Shown here: one piece after another, positions 1 to 14,000 of the stretch
How the letters are laid out: each line of letters begins with the position of its first letter
Numbering within the stretch: the first letter of the stretch is position 1
Origin: Tubulanus polymorphus
Taxonomy: Eukaryota; Animalia; Nemertea
NCBI RefSeq assembly: GCF_964204645.1
Contig: NC_134032.1
Location: forward strand, 6,808,275-6,872,274
DNA length: 64,000 bases
Reading direction: 5' to 3'
Position numbers and translations under genes: made by a program
Notes under the pieces: generated by a model
Told to the model about the DNA's origin: nothing
What the model saw: the letters and a program-made list of their open reading frames with translations, nothing else
Databases searched by the model: none

Positions 1-577
1 ACACAAAGAAATACCCTAGTTTCTCATCAGATCTTTTTCTGGAAAGTGATTAGGGCGAGCGAATTTTATTTTTATTGCTTTTTTTAGATAAAAGAAGTTG
101 AAATAAAAAGCTCATCCTGAGACTTGAAGAGACACGGGAGGGAAGTTTTTATTTACTAATGCCAAACAAATACCAGTAATGCAAGTAGAACATATGCAAA
201 AAACTTAATTTATATTAAGAAGCTCCCTTAACCTATAAAATAAAACTATAATGTCACATTTAATCGAAACTAAGACAAACATTTTCGCTATTTTACGCTT
301 CTTCGAAATGATTTAAGATGAAATGAACCTGCCGCTGTTGTTGTCACCTAAAATGTGGATTAGCGGACTATATAAACGTCTGCAGAAAAAAACCCACTGT
401 CTTACATTATACAGCTATACGGGCGGGTGGGTTTTAACTTTAATAGAAAAAAATTAAGATTTATGCTTAGCCGATGCGGGCGAGTGTATTTGGCTTTTTA
501 ATTTTTATTGGGGACTTTTTTATGACGCGGGCGACATTTGACTTTCTGGAGAAACTAGGGTACTTCTTTGTGTGGCC
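1..577. mobile_element. PIF/Harbinger-like MITE (left tip cut off by the window edge)
   Basis: 1-25 ACACAAAGAAATACCCTAGTTTCTC is the reverse complement of 549-573 with 1 mismatch. The right end reads GTGTGGCC|TAA, consistent with a 3-bp TWA TSD. No ORF. Confidence 0.6.
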
Positions 578-1098
578 TAACATTGATGAACCCAGTCCCA
601 CAGATACATCGACCTGATATACTGCCTATATCATAAATCACCTTTGTGGGCATAAAGCTGGGGTTTACTGTAGTTTAAAATGTATATTGTACCGGTAATT
701 GTTTGATTGCATTAATTGGTTGAAATACTAGATATGGCAAAATCGATGACAATACGTAAGAGTAATTTTCTATCAAGCCAAACAAATGCAGACCAGACCA
801 CCTGAAATCTCTAATTTTGAGTGGTTTTCACAAAAAAGAGAAATTTCATAAATAGTAGTTTGATTCAACATGAACTAGAAAACCATTCAATAAGAGCAAT
901 TATTTTGAAATTTTGGATAGTATATTGAGCTCTAAGAAACAGTTAAAATCTACTATGAAATAATAGTTGTAGTCAAGGTCAGCAAAAAATGGCCATATGT
1001 CAATCAAATACTGATACTTACAAAAAAAACTTGCCATTAAATGTCCGTAAAAATTTAAAAAAATACAAAGTACTTCTGTAAGGCAATATGTCAAATAG

Positions 1099-1913
1099 AA
1101 CTAGGGGTCCAGGGACACCATGCCCACTTAGGAAGTGGGTTGAAATGCTCAACAAACAGAAAATATTCAATACTAAGAAATGATAAGTTATTCGGCTATT
1201 CAACGCCCCTAGTGACCATATACAAGTACCAATGACCTTGAAACTCACCGCAATCATAGAACATGTCACGAGCTACAATTTGGCAATTCATTGACTAAAA
1301 GTCGAAACCTGTCGATATTTTCCTCAAAAAACCTTTTTTCATCTACAAATGAGGACTGATGACACTTAGATGGCTGCCGATTGCGTCACGCTTGACTGAT
1401 CAGAGAATCTGTCTGATATGTTTTAGAGCCTTTCTTAAAATATAACCATCACGGATTTCAATGAAAAATGGCAAACCATTCGGAAGCTACAGGTCTCGGA
1501 ATTCGGGGCAAAAATGACCGTGTTGGGCACAAAAAAGGTCACACGACGGCCATCTTGGGTCCAACCGACCCAATTTTTCGTAAGATGGTGCACCATGGGG
1601 GGATACAAATATATGTGAAAGATTATGATAATTGATCCAAGCGTTTTCGAAATTTCCCTTGATAACTTCAAAAATGTGTAAAAAGTGCTGATTTTGGCGA
1701 ACAACAATGACTGCCAGTCAGCCATCTTGATTCTGAGTTTTTGGCAGAAGATGTATCTAGGGTAGATACATGTATAAACCAAAGATCAAGACAATCCATT
1801 AAGCATCTTCAAAACTTCCCAAAATAACTGAATTCTGTTTACGGACGGACGGACGACGAACAAAAAGTGAACGCAATAGCCCGCTGGGACTAAAGTCCCA
1901 AGTGGGCTTAAAA
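1099..1913 (-). mobile_element. HINE family A copy (Helentron-associated, non-autonomous), short version
   Basis: Has the 5' hairpin GCCCACTTGGGAC..GTCCCAGCGGGC, a GTCC microsatellite and the 3' end GGTGTCCCTGGACCCCTAGTT, shared with copies at 10981, 39502 and 59336. Confidence 0.8.
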
Positions 1914-4781
1914 TCACTTTCCTCTCCTATGCTCCATCACAGTCACCAGCAACTTGTCTGTTTTGTTGAAGCTGCTTATTTTTTGGATTTGATTCGGTCA
2001 CCGGCATATTTAAAAAAGTCTTTCATGACATTGTCAATGTCCTCGATTAGGATGTTTTTTAGACCAGGGACTTTGAAAACCGCATCTAAAATAGAGTTTA
2101 TAATTGTCTAAATCAGTCCATTAAAACCGGGTATTGGTATTTGATAAAAAGCATGATAAACACGCATATACATATACATATTCTCAAGCATACATTTGGC
2201 ATGAATGTGTGCAATCATTCAAAAATTAGTCTAAAACTTAATTTTCTCAAATTAATAATATGATTATTATTCATTAAAGTGCAATATTTCATTGTACATG
2301 TATAACAAAGGTCTATTAATCACTTTAATTTGCTGAAGTGCATGAATTTTTAGTACATTACTTCTAACAACACCTGCTAACTTCAGGCTCTTAAACGACT
2401 CTTTTTCTCCCCTCCCCATCCAGTTATGATTTATCGTCCGTAATAAGTTCCAAAAGAATCCGCTTCGTTGATTCTTTCACTGAGGCTCCGGCCCCTTAAA
2501 TGGAGAGACATGAAACCTATAAAACAAAAGATTTAGATATATAGAACATTTTATTAATACCATCAATAATTCATTAAAAATCAAATCTAGCATGAAAAAT
2601 TACAATTTTAATCTGAACAGTGCTATCAGTATCATATTGATTTTTTTTTCAGTAACATTTCATTGAAATATGAAAGAAAATGTTCAAATTAATCAGTAAT
2701 CAACAGTAAGACCTTCAGTAGCATCTTTCTAGTTCTGTTCAAATTAATCAGTTATCAACATTAAGACCCTCAGTAACATCTTTCATATTTCTGTCTGTAT
2801 GCATCAAACAAATCAAATCAGTATTTCTCGTTATAAAATAGTAACAAAATACTGAAAATCAGGAAAAGTTGGCAGCTCTGAGGAAGAGTGTTTTCTTACC
2901 ATTTTTTGCCGAATACTCTGTGCTCATTTTACGCTCTAAATCAACTAGTTCAGCTCTGTTCCTTAAAGGAATTGCAATATTTTCTGGCAAATCGGCTTTC
3001 TGACACACGCTTTCATTATTCATTTGGTTTATCAACTTTTGAATTACCTAAGCCTGGCACTTTTGTTCGGTTTTAATATCCATCAGCAATTCAATGACTT
3101 TAGTTTCGAAACCTTTGAAAAAAAGACATTAAACTGTATAAACCTAAGATTTATTTATTTTGAACTGTGGGCCACATTACATCAAATTTTGGCTCAAATT
3201 AATTTGAAACCACTTCATGAGTATGAATATGATTAAATTTCTGAAAGCAGATTATTTTGTTCAGGTTTGTGCACTTTCATCACAATGTAAAGCTGAACCT
3301 TTTATTTTAGGCTTTAATTAAATTATATATTCATGCAGTGTATCAAAACAAGCTAAAATTAAAGACCATTTCAATTCAAATACCTTGGAGTGAATGAACT
3401 GGGGTTACTGGTGTAGATGACTGCAGTTGTGATGTAACTGTAGTCCTAACTGGTGGAGGTGGTGTGTTAAATACTGTTTGTACTGGATTTGGTGATGATG
3501 ATAGGGCCTATAGTTGATTTCTTTGCAGTATGATATTCTTCGTCGTCATCACTTTCATCAGATTCCATGTACTTGGGGTTGCGACTCCAAAAAAGTTTTG
3601 ATACAGACATACATTTGCCAATGGATTAAAAGCTTTAAATCAAAACGTATTACAAAATGTGAGCTTGAGGCGTAACAATTGCAGTTTCATGACAGTCTTG
3701 CAATTCTTAAGAAAAACTCATGGCTTTAATATCAATTGCCTCGACATTTATTGACATCAATGTACTACATGTACTTAAAAAGAAATTTTAACTGCAATAT
3801 AAATTTACAAGCATGTAACAGCTCTTTCTCTCCGAGGGTGAAGCCAAGTGATATGTCTCAAGATATCAAGTGATGCCCAAAAAAATTAATAAATACCGAC
3901 GTTTACATGACACTTTGCAAGGTTCATCCTCGATATCTGTTGCAAGATCAGACGTTACAGCAGCACGCTCGAGTTTATCTATAACTTTTTCATACATATC
4001 TGAAATAAATTTCAAAAACAACCTCCGAATCAGTAACATCATGGAGTAAAATGATCCATGAAATAATTAAGTCATTCCAATCGTAAGCATTGTTGAGTCA
4101 TTGTTGAAAACACAGTGGCCATGACCCGGGCAATGTCAAGACTGTCAACAACAGATGATCAGGAAAATAATTCGACCGAATCAACAAAAATGGCGGAGTA
4201 TTCAAACCAAGGAGAGCGGTCGTCATCCAACATGTTATCTATAAGATCGTTGTATTAATTTTTGTTGAACAAACTAGTTTCAGTAGCCTCTAAAAACCAA
4301 GTTTGGGTTGTTCTAGAGAATCACGTGATTTAAAGCTCGCCAGCGATTAGCCAGATGTCATATGGTTCGCAGCGAAAATCGCGGACACACTTTGCGGATA
4401 TATTTGCCGCGAAAATATCAAACATGCTTGATCGGTGCGATTTTCGTATGCGACAGATCGCACGCGGAAATCGCCTGCAGCCGACCAAACACACTACGAA
4501 TTCCGGTGTGAAATCTATAATCGCAGATGCTGTGCGAATAAAATTGCATAGTGTGTTCGGGGCTTAAGGTTATTTTTAGACTTACCGCTTTCATATATCA
4601 CTCTTATATCATACAGCTCCCAAGAGTGGAGGGGCGGTAGGTCCCGCGCCAAGACCATTCTTTTTAATTGCTGCTTAGTCTTTTTCGGTGGCCAAAAACA
4701 TTTCTTCTGGTGGTCAAAGATACATTCTTTCGGGACAATATCCATTGAATGGTCTTCAAATTCAACCAATAAGTCGGTCAA
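1914..4781 (-). pseudogene. Spliced DUF4806-like accessory gene of EnSpm/Mirage-type transposons, decayed
   Basis: Exon 4781-4586 (LLVEFEDHSMDIVP..CFWPP..W..Y.IRVI) joins by GT-AG to exon 3999-3897 (D-MYEKVIDKLERAAVTSDL). Later exons include GASVKESTKRILL..NWMGRGEK (~2520-2350) and DFFKYAGDR (~2085-1920). Frameshifts and stops are present. Confidence 0.55.
4330..4567. mobile_element. Harbinger-like MITE fragment in an intron
   Basis: GC-rich island ending AGTGTGTTCGGGGC|TTAA with an internal quasi-palindrome ATCAAACATGCTTGAT. Only one terminus is recognisable. Confidence 0.35.
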
Positions 4782-5039
4782 GATTTCTCTAAAAAAAATT
4801 AATGTCGGTAGTTTGATAATCTCAACACATGGCGCACGGAAAACTGAACATGTCGGAAAAATTGGAGATTTTGTCGGTACGTACTAATTGAATGGTACCT
4901 TATTGTTATTTTGTAAAATACAGCCTTTTACTATGGAAACATTACTTTCACTGTGGATGAAAAACTAGGAAATGAACTCTTTTGTTGCTATAGATTCGTA
5001 TATAAATTCTTAGAATCGAATGGATTAATGGACATATCA

Positions 5040-5770
5040 TTAGGGTTTTCTGTTATTTCACAGAAAACCCTATTGATATCCGCGTGATTATTATTATTAT
5101 TAATATTCACAATTCATTATTTTGGTTTTGTCGCCCGCGACAATTCATTATTTTGGTTTTATCGCCCGCGATAATTCATTATTTTGGTTTTATCGTCCGC
5201 GACAATTCATTATTTTGGTTTTATCGCCGCGACAATTCAATATTTTGGTTTTAACGCCCTCGACAATTCATTATTGTGGTTTTATCGCCCGCGACAATTC
5301 ATTATTTTGGTTTTGTCGCCCGTGACAATTCAATATTTTGGTTTTGTCACCCGCGACAATTCATAATTTTAGTTTTGTCCCCGTGGTTTTGTCGGAACAT
5401 TAAGTTTTTTGGTTGAACAGTGTGTTTAGGTCGTTTTGGAAATTTACTCGGTCTGGTATATTTTGGATTACTGTGTATGTCATTTGTCAGGACATTAAAC
5501 AGAAGACGACTTAGGATACTACCTTGCGTGACTCCACTAGTTAGACCGTCTCATTCCAAGATGAGGCGTCCCGTTGATTTTGGTTACAAGTTTCCGTTCA
5601 GAGATAACTGCTGAGCCATTTGGGCGACCTATCATTGATACTGTTTCCTAATAGCCTCTTTAGTAATGGCTGATGTTGAGCCTTATCAAATGCTTTGTTG
5701 AAATCCACCGTTGAACAGGATTCTAAGACTGTGCAGAAAAACCGTTATCGCTGCTTCGCAGCTATATTTT
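5040..5770 (+). mobile_element. HINE family B, short non-autonomous copy
   Basis: 5' hairpin TAGGGTTTTCTG-N8-CAGAAAACCCTA, (ATT)n microsatellite, 3' subterminal repeat CAGAAAAACCG, stem-loop GCTGCTTCGCAGC and TATATTTT. The same ends occur on the 49575-56200 element. Confidence 0.75.
5108..5385 (+). repeat. 31-bp minisatellite (~9 copies) inside HINE-B
   Basis: Unit CGCGACAATTCATTATTTTGGTTTTATCGCC repeated head to tail with no spacers. Confidence 0.9.
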
Positions 5771-6233
5771 GTAATTAATATTTTAAAATTCGAACTGGAA
5801 TATTTTTGAACTGGGAACTCTTTAAACTTGTTGTATATTTCACTGTATGCTGCGATGAGTTATTTAAAATTTAAGAAATTCAAGCTAGTGATAAATTCAA
5901 CTGCGATATATTTGAGCTGTGCTATAACTTAGTATTAATTTAGTGTTAATGAACTGTTAATTTGGTAGGCTAGTATTTATGAATTAGAAATTGTGACTGG
6001 CCTACTTGGCTGTGTGTGCAGGATTTGAAGGGATGCATTATAATATTTTTGGCTTTAATCTAAAAGATTATGTAGAAGAGGGATTGCAATGTAACTGCTG
6101 TTTGATGTAGGAAAAAGTAAGCATTTAGCTGTAACATTTGATAGAGGAGTGTATGATACGAATCCAGCTAACTTGCTGACCAAATGAATACCAAGGTGAG
6201 CAGATGACAATGGATAGGAAAAACAGTCAGTAT

Positions 6234-9200
6234 GGGACATTCTACAAAAATTGTGAAATTCGGGTTCTAAAATAGTATAATTTTTTAAATAGTGAAATCA
6301 TTTGAGAATTTGAGAAAATTATACTCTTACGTACGCTTACATCTGGGAAAAATTTCCCTGCTAGGGCATTTTGCATAAGTGATGTGCATGAGCATCAACA
6401 CACCCCCAGACGATCCGAGTCTTCGGTGTTACTGCACAATATGGTTACCAGAAAAAACTTTCAGGAATTTTTAAAATAAAATTTCGCTCTGGATTACTAG
6501 TGTATTACGTGTATGATGTTATTAATAAGTTTTTTTAATGAATATCTGGCATCATTTTGATTATGTGGTTCTCATAAACTATTGTAACTAGTGCTATTTT
6601 AGAAAATTTGAGAATAAATTAGAAACTGCGTCAAAATACTTGTTCTATATGACATTTACTATGTATTGCCATTTTTAGCTATAGTAGGCGAACAGATTTC
6701 AGATAATGTATTTTCAACAGGCTTCCTATAAGTTTTAAGATAAAAGAATCAAAATGAGTAACACCAAGGACTGGCCGGTATCACCTAAGACATACTACAC
6801 CAAGGACATCACAGAACCTAACCGTATAAGCATAGGAGTATTGATTTAATTTTGATAAAACGATAATGTATTTTTCTCAAAGATGATCATTTCCAACATT
6901 CACATCTAAATAGATAACATTTTTCCACATTAAAACAAATTATATAACATTTTTTACAAATTTTTGAAACATAAAAACACTGAAAAAAATTTATGAAACG
7001 AACGGTAACACCAAAGACATTTCACGAACCTAACCATGTACCATAAAAGGTGGATTCATTGAACAGATTAAACTTGAAACGATTTTACTTTTCAAACATT
7101 CACATCTTAATAAATAACAATTTTGAACATTGCAACAAATAAAAAGTTTTCACAAATTTTTAAAACATACTCCTCTACAAACACTAAAAAATTATACGAA
7201 GCGTACAGTAATTAATTTGAATTGAAACAATTACTCTAAATGACTGATCTTTTCCCAAATAGATTTTTCAAGTGAAAAAAACCTTCCCCTTGCATCTAAA
7301 ACAGGTTCTCTAGTAAATATTATGACATCCCTATTGTCGTAATAAGTAATATCATCTATCGGCGGATTGTAGAATTTATTAACACCTTTTCGGTGCATAC
7401 AGCGAACTTCACAGCCCCCATCTTCTTCATCTACAGAAACTATCAGACCAGGATACAAGTACCCATCAAAATGATATTGGACAACACACCATCTACCTAC
7501 ATCAGACTCCTTTATAATGACAATATTACTGCTGTTATCAGTTAGTTGAGCGCTTGATGTCTTTGGTTGCTCAGCCTTTCCGTTTTTCAGTAAAGATTAT
7601 GTATGGAGCCCAAAACATTGGCAAACTTTCTCAGAGGAACAAATACAGCTTATATCACGCACAGCTATCACTCCTTCCGACACTACATGTATCTCGTGTA
7701 TCCTCATTGTTCCCGGTACAGGTTTCAAAGGGTTTTTTGTAAGTTCCTGCTCAAAAGTGGTGGCTTTTTTGTCAATATTCTTGCCATCAACGAAGAATAG
7801 CTTCACTGTAGACTTTCCTTCATTCAATAACCGGAACATTTTAAAAGCATCTTGAATATCATGTCCGCCTTTTACTAGCGCATCAGCTGATCTTTTAACG
7901 GCCGCTCCAATACCGTCGGCGGCCCCCTTTCCATGGCCAGATTCTAAGAAATGCCAACGAATCTGTTGAACCCCGTACTTTTTTGGCTCTGTTGTCATCA
8001 AAAAGAAATTCGCCTTCTGCCGATACTGAGTTGTCGGTCCGTCGCTAAATATTTCAAGATGTGAAATCTGTGGGTGATCTGCTTTCAGTTTTTCTAATAC
8101 TGGCTTCAAATGGCACCAGATCGCAACAGGATCATGTTTTGTGTTGTCGGAAATTGTACAAAATGACATTCCAAGTTGGTTTTTCAGATAGACTACACCA
8201 GTGTGCAAAGACACCTGAGCGTGGGAGCCACCAAAATGTGCTGACTGTATTTCTGTAGCGTACTTGCAAACATAGTTTTCAGAAAAGTCACAATGAATTA
8301 ATGCTTGATTTTCCTTCAGGTTTTCCCGCAGAGATTTGTATACAGCTAGTTGGTTAAATATATTAAAAATGTGCCGCTTAAATCTTTCCAAAAATGATTC
8401 AATTTCAACCATCAATTCCTCTTCAGTTGCCGATATCATTTCTTTCGCAACAATCTTCGATCCGTAATTATTCGTTTTAGACACCCATTTTTCATAAGTC
8501 ACGTTTTCTGTGGTTGGCATGCGGATTTTGGTGACGCTAAAATGGACACACCTTTTACATTCACCATATGCACAGGCCTTGCTCTTCTCATCACACACCA
8601 GATCCTTGTAAACACTGTGCAGATCTTTCTCGGGAATTATACCAATTTGATGCAGTTTCTCCACCATATAACGCATGTTTTCGTGAACTTTACATTGACA
8701 CGTTTCTCTGTCTTTCTCGGTAGGAGGGAGCACCCAAAATGGCCGGAGCCTACAAAAGTAACTGTAAGATACGTAACCATGCTCCGAAACAAATTTTGCG
8801 TAGAGAATGCGCAGGGAATCATTGAGGATTCGACGTTGCTTTTTTAGTTTCTTGAGTGTTATCGTTTGCTTTTTCCCAGCAGTCATTCTGCTTACATCAT
8901 CTCTTTCAAAATACCTTCTAATTGTTTCCCTAGTTTGCAATGCCTTTTCTGATTTCCGGCGCACATTATTTGGGCAGTTCTCAGTAGCTAACACTCTATT
9001 GCTTAACGAAAGTTCTTTTCGAAAAAGACTGAGAAGTTTGTATTTTCTTATGAATGTCAACGAATACTTTCTTTTGATAAGTTCTTTTTTACGATGTTCT
9101 TTATTGTTGCGGTACTCTGATGCGAGTGAATCCTTCAGCACATAATACATCGTCAAACGCTTTTTCACTGCATTTCTGTCATTTTCTTTCAGCAACATTC

Positions 9201-10819
9201 TAGCTTTTGTTCTCGGCGTACTTGGGCCTGAAGGTCTGTTAAGTCGACTTAATTTCATTCGTAGGGCATTGCACTTTCGTTTTTGTTTCATTAATTGTTC
9301 AGTTAACTTTTCATTTTGACGTTTCATGTCTGTCAAAGCCTTTCGTCGACTTCTCAATCCTTGTTGGGATTCCCTGAAAATACAACGAAATTATGTTTTT
9401 ATTGGTCTTAATGATGAATATGTTGTATTGCTCAGTTAAAAAGTCGGCATGAAGGTCGTTCAAACATGAAGATCGGTACTGCTATTACGCATGATTTTAT
9501 GATTTTATCATCTTGAAAATACTCTTAAAAGTCTCTGTCTCTATTTTTGTATCTAAAACGTTAGGTGAAATGTTGGTGCTATAAACTTACCTTGATGGCC
9601 CTGGAATTGGGTTATCAGGGGTACTTGGTGGAGTGAGGATTTCATTTCGACTTTTTAACTGAGTTCGATATTGACGTTTTGATCTTCTCCACTTCCTCCG
9701 AGTTTTCCTTGCCTCCCTTTCGCTTAAATGATCAATTGGCGTGTAGAGTTTATCTTCTTTGTATTTTCGTTTCCGATCCTCCAAATATTGAGTTCGGCGC
9801 TGCGGATCAGCATTTCGTTTCTCCCTATAGCGCCGCATTTTTTCTTTTGCAGAGAGAGGCATGGCTCCCTTAAAATAAAATCGGTATGCCTTGTGGAAAG
9901 TTACTGAAATATATAATAAGACTAATTAATTTCAAAAATATTTTTAACATTCTTTCATTGCTTATTAAAACACATTAGAAAAGGCCAGTAGAAAACAAGA
10001 TCTATCTTTTGTGTCTTTGTTGTTACCTAGTGTCTTTGGTGTTACCAATATCAACCTGTATTTCGGTTACCCCAAAGACAGTCTACACCGAGGACAAAAC
10101 CTACGAGAATGCACCTAATGCAGCACCGTATTAATGGAGGCGTGATGATTCTGAGAAAACCTTTATATAAATCAATCAATAATATGTACAAAGTTATTTT
10201 GTAAACTTAAAAATGAATTCTATAGAAGCTATATTGATAACACCAAAGACAGCATTAACTTTCACAGTTCTAAACCCGGACATTTATAAAGATTTTTTGG
10301 AAAACATGAACTTACAGAAATTTCCACGTTGCCTTCTTTCTGTACGGGTTTAAGAAGCGCCATCTGTCCCGCCAAAACTTTATGGTTGAATGAATATATG
10401 CTTGCCACAGGTTGATTTTTTGAGGTGAGTAACCCCAAAGACATTTTATCTAGCACAATAAATTAAAGTAATTTTTTTACAGGTAAGGAATGTCGATGTA
10501 TCTTAAACAAATATATCTCCTTAAATAACACACCTAGGGACATATCACCATTAAGATTAGTGATTTTACTATGATTGAATTACAGCTAGGAAATCTGCGA
10601 ATGAATAAACCACAATAATGCACACAGTAACTCCAAGGACATTTGGGGGGTAAATGGTCCCCTTATATTAAGCGGGTGGGTCATAAGGTCAAAAACAATT
10701 GCTAAATGTGTCAAACAGTCTCCCGTCAATAGTTATTTGGTTCAATGTCACCATTTGAACCAATCAGTATCTATCAATTGTGCATGCACATAAATTTCAC
10801 ATTTTTTGTAGAATGTCCC
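6234..10819 (-). mobile_element. Sola2 DNA transposon, full length
   Basis: TIR GGGACATTCTACAAAAAWTGTGAAATT at both ends and a 4-bp TSD GTAT (6230-6233 and 10820-10823). Many subterminal (GT)AACACCAARGACA motifs. Encodes a Sola2-type transposase. Confidence 0.85.
7231..9862 (-). CDS. Sola2 DDD transposase (2 exons, single premature stop before a C-terminal Tudor-like domain)
   Basis: Exon 9862-9591 splices GT-AG in frame to 9373. Motifs IHCDFSENY, QSAHFGG, FSDGPTTQYRQK and ESGHGKGAADGIG. After the TAA at 7599-7597 the same frame runs to 7231 (VGRWCVVQY..YPGLI..EVRCM). Confidence 0.85.
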
Positions 10820-11003
10820 GTATACTGACAGAATCTTTCATACACGATATCAAAAATTCATAAAGACTAAAAATGTACAACTTTTTTGCTGACTTTTGAG
10901 GTAACTTTGAAAGCCTGTAACTCAATAAGTGTTTGGGTTATATTCATCATGAATGTACCGCATGAAACAGAAGAACGTGCTTTTTAGCCCACTTGGGACT
11001 TAA

Positions 11004-14000
11004 GGGAAGAAGCTACCCTGTAAATACATTATTTTATATTTTCAATAATAGTTGTTATATCAGTCTATAATTTTATTTACAGGTGCACAGTACTTAGATA
11101 TACACTCAGAAAAATTTTTGGCCCAGCCGGACAACGGTTGCCATGGTAACCAGGACACGCCCAAATTTGGGGTAGACCAAATTAAGAAAAAATGATATTC
11201 TGTTTATGTGCCACATATACCACAAAAAGTTATATAAATTCATTTATAGTACTTGTATGCATGCAATAGTTGGATTTTCCCTATAGTTGGGGGACTTTTT
11301 ACATTTTAGGTGTCATATTACCCCCGGGGGTCTTTCGGCAAGGGTGAAAATGAAATATAAAAGTTCATAACATCACCAATCTTTACTGGATTTGATTGAA
11401 AATTCAGGATTGTATGCTATAGAATGTTCTCAATTACTCCTCCAAATTTCAAAGAGATTGGTTCAGTAATTTTTGAGAATTATTTTTTCCAAATTTGCAA
11501 AACGGCAAATTTTGACTTTTTCGTAAATTCAATTTGAAAATATACTGTAAATATATAAGTGTTTAGGACTTAATTGTTACCAATTATTTACAAATCTGCC
11601 ACGGTTTCTAGTCCTGGAGCATAAGAGTCACCCTCCTCTTCATGTTGCTGATGCTCAACTGTGGCTTTTCTCAATTTTTTATTGATACGGGCCTCTTTAG
11701 TGCTGCCTTTTTCAGCACGTTCAGCCATTTTTATACGCCGCGTGTCCAATCTCTCCAACAACTTATTCATCTGGACAGTTGGTGTAAGATACATAGACTC
11801 CATAATATCCCCAACACTGTTATTTCCCTTGTTGAATTTAGACACAGCCATCATAGCTCCTGTTTCTACAGTTTTGTATGAACAGAAACTAGTTTTTGGT
11901 AAGTGGCGCCAGACAACAGAATGTAAACTTTCATTCCGGTTTGATGTCTTACGAAGGCAGCGATTGAGCAATGTTTCATCGGTCAGCCTTCTAAAGAGTG
12001 GAACAAAGTAACCAGCTACCTCCCTGGTGAGTATGGGATCATGTTTCACTCTATTGAAAACAGTTTCAGGTGAAATGTTTTCTGCCTCGGCAATTTTGTG
12101 GTAGCACCACACTCCGCAGCGATCATGATGTGGATCATCAAACGTGGATGATGCATGCAACAAAATTGCCCAGACATTATTTTGCATTTCCTCAACTGTT
12201 TCACCATTAGTGATGGCATTCCTGTAATACTGTCCCCATTTCAACATCCCTGCATTGGTCATTTTACCGCGGCCGCTAAGTGGGTTTTGCCTAGAGCCAG
12301 CTACTTTTGCATCACGGACTACAACTTTCAAGCCATTGAACATCCTTTTACTGATATGGTTGATGCATTCCTCTTTTTTTATAATAATGTCATTACCATA
12401 TGGTTTCAGTGCATTGAGTTTCGAAATCACATTGGCATCTCCATCTCCAATAAGAACAGTGTACCGAAAACCATGATTCATTGAGCGGGTCCACAAAATT
12501 TCTGCAGCTTCAACCTCCATATAATTAGATGACCCAGTATAGTTACAATCACAGTTATCTTTGTGCAGAGCATACCAAGCCTCTTTTTCTTCACCACGTA
12601 ACTTTTCACCAACAACAGAACATTCTAGGCAAAACTTACTCATCACATGAAAATCAATAACTAGACCAGTGAGAGTATCGATAACAAAACCGATGCCAAT
12701 GTTTGATTGATGCCCTCGTTTCATCCAAGTTCCATCGTAAGACACATCAATATTGATGATGTCTTCATCACGATTGTCTGGATCCAACTCCTCATAAGCT
12801 TTACAAATAATTGCATGAGTGTCAGGCATGTTTTGTACGCCATGAGTGTATACCACAGATAAATGAATTTCCTTGTTGTACTTAGAATATGTTTTATGAT
12901 GGAGTCCGCCATTCACACCAAGTATTCCTGTAACTTTATTTAGGGCTGAACAGCCATGTCCTATTTCTTTTATGGCTAAAACAGCACGCTTATTTATCTC
13001 GAACGGAGCTCTGGCAGTTACATCAGCTGCCGTCATGTCACGGGGGCTGGACCAAGTAGACGAAACAACGAATGAAGCATCATGCCGATCATTTTCACAA
13101 ATAATTTTTACACGGTTCGACAGACCCATCCTAGTGCCGGTGCAATCAGATTTTAGGTGCCCTGTCTGGGAACAGGAAGGACATTTCAGTGGCGCTACAA
13201 GTTTATCTAACGAGTCTGTGTGGAGAAGCAAAAATGAACCAGTGGCAACAGCAGGTTCTCTGTCACAGTCATCCTCATCATCAATAGGCCTGATGTCTTT
13301 GTACAAATTCAACTTTTTTTTACTGGCACTAATTTTTGGCACTGGATCTTGGATCACTGGAGTGCCACCACTGGTAGAGGGTACAGGCTCGTTGGTACCA
13401 CCACGTGTAGAGGGTACAGCCTCGTTGATACTGACAGCAGCTTCATCAACTTGTATCAAAATTTCACCAACAACATTTTCGATTTTTCTCTTCCTACCTC
13501 GTGTTTCTGACTTTTTCTTTGATTTACTTCCAAATTTATGCTTCGAAGCAAACTTCGTAGCTCTACCCATTGTTCTTGTGAAAAGACCGACGAACTAATG
13601 CACAGAAATATCGATATAAACGTCAGTTTTCAAAACAAATTCGAACGATGCAGTTTACTGTTTACTGGCGGCCGCCATTTTGTTCGGTCACATGATTGGC
13701 GTTACTAAGCACGGAAGTGCCCGAAGCGCACTCGGAACCAATCAGCATCGCGCAACATTCAGCAGGTGCACGGGACTACCGTATAAGGATATTTCCGTGA
13801 ATTATGACGCCAGGTTTGATGACGAATCTAAGAACAACCTTTCGAGACTTGGATCTAGCAGTAGCTAGCCGTTATTCTCGTTGAAACAGTGATTTCAACG
13901 ATACCAAATATGGCCAACTTCGTCAACAAAAACTAGTCGTAACCACGGACAAAACTTTGCTAATTTTCCGATCAAAATCCTTTTGTTTTAATAAATTAAC

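Noticed and set aside
5108-5385. 31-bp repeats resembling a CRISPR array
   Set aside because: Units are contiguous with no unique spacers, there are no cas genes, and the context is eukaryotic.
12972-13598. 208-aa plus-strand ORF
   Set aside because: Antisense shadow of the Kolobok transposase with no recognisable motifs.
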